DNA from: Geopsychrobacteraceae bacterium
GTDB lineage: Bacteria; Desulfobacterota; Desulfuromonadia; Desulfuromonadales; Geopsychrobacteraceae
Reading direction: 5' to 3'
DNA length: 64,000 bases
Assembly (NCBI GenBank): GCA_963662315.1
Contig: OY759353.1
Span: 4,192,001-4,256,000, forward strand
Below, piece after piece: positions 59,303 through 64,000 of the stretch (within the stretch, counting starts at the first letter, position 1; every line of letters starts with the position of its first letter). The notes under the pieces were generated by a model, which was not told the DNA's origin, searched no databases, and saw nothing but the letters and a program-made list of their open reading frames with translations. Both the position numbers and the translations under genes were made by a program.

Positions 59303-60808
59303 ATGTATACTGGATTGGAAGGCTTTCTTCAGCCTTTTATGAGCCTTGGATTGGTCGCCTGGATAGCTGGCGGTACCTTGGTCGGACTTTATGTTGGCGC
59401 AATCCCCGGGCTGTCTGTCACCATGGCAGTTTCTCTGCTGATCTCTTTTACTTTTTCCTGGGATGTCCTGCCTGCATTAGCAGTGATGGTCGGCATTTAT
59501 ACCGGTGGTGTCTATGGTGGAGCCCGGGCTGGGATTCTACTGAATATCCCTGGCGCTCCTGCAGCGGTCGCCTCAACCTTTGATGGCTACCCGCTGGCCA
59601 AAATGGGTATGGCTGGTCAAGCGATGGGGCTGTCGACAACCCAGGCTGTCATCGGAAATTTTTTGGGTATTGTTGTTCTTGGTCTGTGTGCTCCGCTGAT
59701 CTCCGAACTTGCTCTGGTCTTTCAGCCCCGTGATTATTTTCTGCTGGCTTTTATGGCCCTGTTTCTGGTTGGCAACCTTGCCGAGGGAAGCATGGTTAAG
59801 GCGTTGATTGCGGCATTTATCGGTATTGTTGTTGGTCTGATCGGCATGGACCCGGAAACTGGCCAGGGCCGTATGACTTTCGGCACTCTCAACCTGTTGG
59901 GGGGCATTCACTTTGTCATCGTTATGATCGGGACCTTCGGGATTTCTGAAACGCTTATGCAGCTACAGACCAAGGCCGTTGCTGTCAAACAGAATATCTC
60001 AAGGGTCACTCCTGAATGGACTGCGGTTATGGATAATATGTTCCTGACTGTACGTGCTTCTATTATTGGAGTTGTGGTTGGCGCGTTGCCGGGAACTGGT
60101 GGAGATATCGCTGCCTTGATGGCCTATGACCACGCTAAGCGGACGGAAAAGAATCCTTATCCCAAGCCTTTCGGCCAGGGCGCTTATCAGGGGTTGATTG
60201 CACCCGAGGCCGCTGCCAATGCGGCTATTGGGGGGGCTTTTGTCCCGATGATGACCCTTGGTATTCCCGGCGATTCAGTGACCGCTGTTTTGATTGGTGC
60301 TCTGATTATTCACGGTTTACGCCCTGGTCCTATGCTGATGCGTGAACAGCCCCAGTTTTTCTGGTTTGTTGTCGGAGCACTGGTCATCGCCAATGTCTTC
60401 CTCTATGTCTGGGGGATGACCGGCATTCGTGCCTTCAGCAAGATTGTTGAAGTTCCCAAGCCCTATATCATTCCGATTATCGTTGTCCTGACCTTTGTCG
60501 GTGGTTATTCGATCCAGAATAGCATTACCGACATCTACTGGATGATTGGTTTCGGTATCCTGGGCTACTTCATGAAACGCTATGACTATCCCGTTGCGCC
60601 GCTGGTTCTGGGGGTTATTCTGACGTCTATTATTGACGAGAACTTCCGGCGTGGCGTGCAGCTGGCACATGGCAAAGCCGGGGATTTCTTCCTTGGCATG
60701 CTGACGAATCCGGTTCCTCTGGTCATTCTTGCCATTATGGTCATGACAGTAATTGTTTCGAGCCCGACCCTGATGGCGCGGATTAAAGGTCTGTTCGGCA
60801 GATCTTGA
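59303..60808 (+). CDS. tctA: TTT transporter large permease
   Basis: GAIPGL, NIPGAPA..TFDGYP, PEAAANA, LGIPGD. Confidence 0.95.
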   Translation: MYTGLEGFLQPFMSLGLVAWIAGGTLVGLYVGAIPGLSVTMAVSLLISFTFSWDVLPALAVMVGIYTGGVYGGARAGILLNIPGAPAAVASTFDGYPLAKMGMAGQAMGLSTTQAVIGNFLGIVVLGLCAPLISELALVFQPRDYFLLAFMALFLVGNLAEGSMVKALIAAFIGIVVGLIGMDPETGQGRMTFGTLNLLGGIHFVIVMIGTFGISETLMQLQTKAVAVKQNISRVTPEWTAVMDNMFLTVRASIIGVVVGALPGTGGDIAALMAYDHAKRTEKNPYPKPFGQGAYQGLIAPEAAANAAIGGAFVPMMTLGIPGDSVTAVLIGALIIHGLRPGPMLMREQPQFFWFVVGALVIANVFLYVWGMTGIRAFSKIVEVPKPYIIPIIVVLTFVGGYSIQNSITDIYWMIGFGILGYFMKRYDYPVAPLVLGVILTSIIDENFRRGVQLAHGKAGDFFLGMLTNPVPLVILAIMVMTVIVSSPTLMARIKGLFGRS

Positions 60809-61416
60809 ACATGAACAGGGTGATGACAGAAGGAGCACTGAATATGCAAATCTCCTGGTTTTTGGGGTTTGGCTGGGTATCAATTCTCACACTGATTGTT
60901 TGTGGTGTTGCTATAAACCTGCTCTCCGGTTCTCTGGCCTGGTTTATGTATATTCCCTTCCTTGTTGTCGCCTTGTATATGACGGTCCGTTTCCGGTTGT
61001 TCACTATGCATCCGTGGCGACGGGTGCATAGTCGGGTCATGCTCAGGTATGGCAAATTTGCGACCAATGAATATGATGCCGCCCAGTCTGCAGGCCGTGA
61101 ATTCGATATAAGAAAGCCCTGTGAGGGGTTGTTGGGTGAAATGTTTGACAGCGCGCAGCGTGCCGAACTTGCCCCTTTACTGGATGATGTTAAGCGCAAA
61201 GCCTATTTCCGGGAGTTGGTTGCAGAGTTTCCAGATGTTTTTTTGAAGAGTTTTTCCTCTTCAGATCCAAAGACGATTCTTCAACATATTGATAAGGATA
61301 TTGAGGCCAGTGAATTGGGGCCTGATGTTTTGATCGCAAAAGAAATTGAATTGAGGTACTCGCGCAAAGAGGCAGCGACGTATCTGCAATCACTGATGCT
61401 TGGTACGGTGAGGTAG
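60805..61416 (+). CDS. Hypothetical membrane protein inside the TTT operon
   Basis: Two N-terminal TM segments; fills the tctA-tctC gap; start uncertain. Confidence 0.65.
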   Translation: MNMNRVMTEGALNMQISWFLGFGWVSILTLIVCGVAINLLSGSLAWFMYIPFLVVALYMTVRFRLFTMHPWRRVHSRVMLRYGKFATNEYDAAQSAGREFDIRKPCEGLLGEMFDSAQRAELAPLLDDVKRKAYFRELVAEFPDVFLKSFSSSDPKTILQHIDKDIEASELGPDVLIAKEIELRYSRKEAATYLQSLMLGTVR

Positions 61417-61465
61417 CCGTACCGTAAGGATGTTTCACCGCTTTATTAATCAAAGGAGAAGAAAC

Positions 61466-62470
61466 ATGAAATGCTTAAAATGGTTTGCATTGGTTGTTAT
61501 GGCTGGCCTGTTGCTGGTTGGAAATGCCAGTGCAGCAGACTATCCTGCCCACCCCATCAATGGCTATATTGCCTGGGGCGCAGGTGGTGGTACAGATACG
61601 GTGTCCCGTTTGGTAACGCCACTGGCTGAAAAAACTCTTGGCCAATCTGTCATCCTTGCTAACAAAACGGGTGCTACCGGTGCAATTGCTACCCAAGCCG
61701 CTTTTTCTGCCAAGGCTGATGGCTATACGCTGTTGTTCCATGCAGAGAACCCTCAGTTGTATCAAGTTCTCGGACTTTCTCAGCTGAGCTATGACGAGTT
61801 TGATCCGATTATGCTTTTCGTTCAGGGTTCGACCGTCATCGTTGTACCTAAAGATTCTCCGATCAAAACTTACGCTGATCTGATTAAAGCCGCTAAGGCT
61901 AATCCGGGTGGCCTGTCAATCGGTATCAGTGGGGTTGGTGGTCAGCCATGGGTGACTTCCAAGCTGATCAAGAAGATTGAAGGAGCAGAGTTTAATGCTG
62001 TTGCCTACAACGGCGATGGTCCGCTTGTAACCGCTTTGCTGGGTGGTCAGCTTGACGTCAGCGGCCTTGCTGTCGGTGCTGCTGCGCAGTACGTAAAAAA
62101 TGGTGATTTGCGCGCTCTGGCTATCATGAAAAACTCGCCAAATCACACACTTCCAGAGGTTCCGTATATTACCAAGCTGAATCCAGCATTTGAAGACGTT
62201 ATGAGAGCATCGGGTTTCTTCTATGGCGTTTTTGTTAAAAAAGGAACCCCGCAACCGATTATTGATAAACTGACCACTGCTTACCGGGTTGCTATTGAAG
62301 ATCCAAAATTCAGGGACTATGCCGAACTCAATGGTCTGTCAATTCTTGGTTATACCGGAGAAAAAGCACGCACTTTCATGAATAACTGGCGCTCACTGAT
62401 GTCCTGGTTGATCTGGGAATCGGGTGCCGGGAAAAATAATCCGGCAGATTTCAACATTCCAAAGATGTAA
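61466..62470 (+). CDS. tctC: TTT substrate-binding protein (Bug/TctC)
   Basis: Signal peptide, YP..PI..WGAGGGTD, NKTGATG, ADGYTL. Confidence 0.92.
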   Translation: MKCLKWFALVVMAGLLLVGNASAADYPAHPINGYIAWGAGGGTDTVSRLVTPLAEKTLGQSVILANKTGATGAIATQAAFSAKADGYTLLFHAENPQLYQVLGLSQLSYDEFDPIMLFVQGSTVIVVPKDSPIKTYADLIKAAKANPGGLSIGISGVGGQPWVTSKLIKKIEGAEFNAVAYNGDGPLVTALLGGQLDVSGLAVGAAAQYVKNGDLRALAIMKNSPNHTLPEVPYITKLNPAFEDVMRASGFFYGVFVKKGTPQPIIDKLTTAYRVAIEDPKFRDYAELNGLSILGYTGEKARTFMNNWRSLMSWLIWESGAGKNNPADFNIPKM

Positions 62471-62612
62471 AAGAGCTAATCGAGATAACTGACCTTACTA
62501 AAACGACGAGCAGTTTTTGCTCGTCGTTTTTAGTAAGGTCTGCCCGGTACAGAAAAAATATATTTTTACACGATATTAAGCCGTAAAGTTTGATATTGAA
62601 CGGAGCTTTTAG

Positions 62613-63377
62613 ATGGAAACGGTCAAAGTAAAAAATGTCATTTTTGGTGAAGGTGTTCCGAAAATCTGTGTGCCAATTGTTGCCGAAACCAAAGCCGCTA
62701 TTGTCGAAGAAGCGAGAAGCTTCAAAGATATTCACGTTGATGTCGTTGAGTGGCGGGTCGATTGGTTCGAGGGGGTCGAGGATTCTGCTCAGGTTGTTGA
62801 TGTCCTGATAGAATTGGGGCCCGTACTGAATGATATTCCATTGCTGTTTACTTTCCGGACCAAAAAGGAAGGTGGCAATCGTGAGATGTCAGCTGAGAAA
62901 TACCAACAGTTGAACCGCGATATCGTTGCCAGTGGGCTTATCGACCTGCTGGATGTCGAGATCTTTATTGGCGATGACATTGTCAAGGATCTTGTTGCTG
63001 CCGCCCATGCCAAAGGGATCAAGGTTGTTGGCTCCAATCATGACTTCGACAAGACTCCAGCAAAAGACGATATTATTTACCGGTTGCGAAAAATGCAGGA
63101 CATGGGGGCAGATATCCCCAAGATTGCCGTTATGCCTCAGTGCGCGCTTGATGTGCTGACCCTGCTCGAAGCGACTGTCGTCATGAAAGAGCAATATGCT
63201 GACCGTCCGCTTATTACCATGTCGATGGCCGGGCAGGGAGTCGTAAGTCGCCTGGCAGGAGAAATTTTCGGGTCATGTCTGACCTTCGGGGCCGCCAAGA
63301 AGGCTTCGGCACCAGGGCAGATCGGTGTAAATGATCTTTATGAAACTCTGGTTCTTATTCATAAAAGTTCAACTTAA
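62613..63377 (+). CDS. aroD: Type I 3-dehydroquinate dehydratase
   Basis: PKICVP, EWRVD, FTFRTKKEGG, SNHDF, IPKIAVMP, SAPGQI. Confidence 0.95.
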   Translation: METVKVKNVIFGEGVPKICVPIVAETKAAIVEEARSFKDIHVDVVEWRVDWFEGVEDSAQVVDVLIELGPVLNDIPLLFTFRTKKEGGNREMSAEKYQQLNRDIVASGLIDLLDVEIFIGDDIVKDLVAAAHAKGIKVVGSNHDFDKTPAKDDIIYRLRKMQDMGADIPKIAVMPQCALDVLTLLEATVVMKEQYADRPLITMSMAGQGVVSRLAGEIFGSCLTFGAAKKASAPGQIGVNDLYETLVLIHKSST

Positions 63378-63519
63378 GCAGGTATCAACTACCCATCTGT
63401 AACCGCCGGTGGGTAGTTTTCTGATTTCTCAAGGTGTTATTATGCTGTTTGCTGTGAAAACCCAGGTTTCATGAGGGATTTTCTGCTTAGCCGACGCCGG
63501 TAACCAGAAAGAGTCTTTC

Positions 63520-63790
63520 ACATAGAAACAACCCCTGGGGTTCCGCATGCAGTCGAACATCCTGCTTTTGAGAAGGTATTTTCTAGCGGGATGGCGCGCA
63601 GTATCCAGGTTCTGGTCCGGCACAAAGCAGACCCGCTTTACCGACAACACCAAACTTGGCATTGAGGAAATCAAGCGAGAGCTCAGGTGGATTCACCAAC
63701 ATGGCCATGCCGTTCACCAGAGCCACTGGTAGCATGCACCGCATGCCCCCGGCTCTGGGCCGTACCCGGAAACTTTTTCGGCCGCTTTAG
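63520..63790 (+). pseudogene. Possible degraded IclR effector-domain fragment
   Basis: TRFTDNT...EIKRELRWIHQHGHAV followed by stops. Confidence 0.4.
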
Positions 63791-64000
63791 CTACTCATTT
63801 GGAAACGGAAAATTCAAGGCGCGACGATTGTTCGTTGCGCCAACTAGATATTCTGATTCACTTCAAAGGCCAACTTATTCGCTTCACTTTTTTCCAGTAA
63901 TTCGGAACACACCTGCTGAACACAGGTCCAATCATATTGCGGAAATGCCTCGGCGGCTTCTTTCTGTTGGTTGGAAAACTGGTTGCGCAAAATGGCAACA

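Overview
Bacterial accessory region, probably from a Desulfuromonadales/Geobacter-like organism (inferred from a CxxxxCH multiheme cytochrome, a GEMM-I riboswitch and GGGAC/GTCCC-type REPs). In order: (1) 3' part of a guanidine/urea carboxylase, allophanate hydrolase and SMR operon; (2) an ABC three-component (Lamassu-like) defence operon directly behind an attC-like site; (3) a ~16 kb rearranged polymorphic-toxin island. It has three toxins sharing an unrecognised N-terminal domain but with different C-termini (putative Cys-protease, RNase A-like, WHH nuclease), cognate and orphan immunity genes and orphan toxin tips. These are interleaved with three IS110/IS1111 copies whose noncoding end carries guide-like matches to the local REP target, plus RAYT transposase copies and an IS481. 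(4) A family of ~420-455 bp highly structured, covarying repeats occurs in tandem arrays and abuts every toxin module. (5) Surface lipoproteins include a riboswitch-preceded 12-heme cytochrome. (6) Integron cassette clusters lack intI in the window; they include a probable attI, an attC-targeting group IIC intron remnant and an attC-associated IS-like end. (7) Metabolic loci: sigma54 activator with ALDH, and IclR/Zn-dehydrogenase/TTT transporter/aroD. All family calls come from motif reading only; no database search was run.
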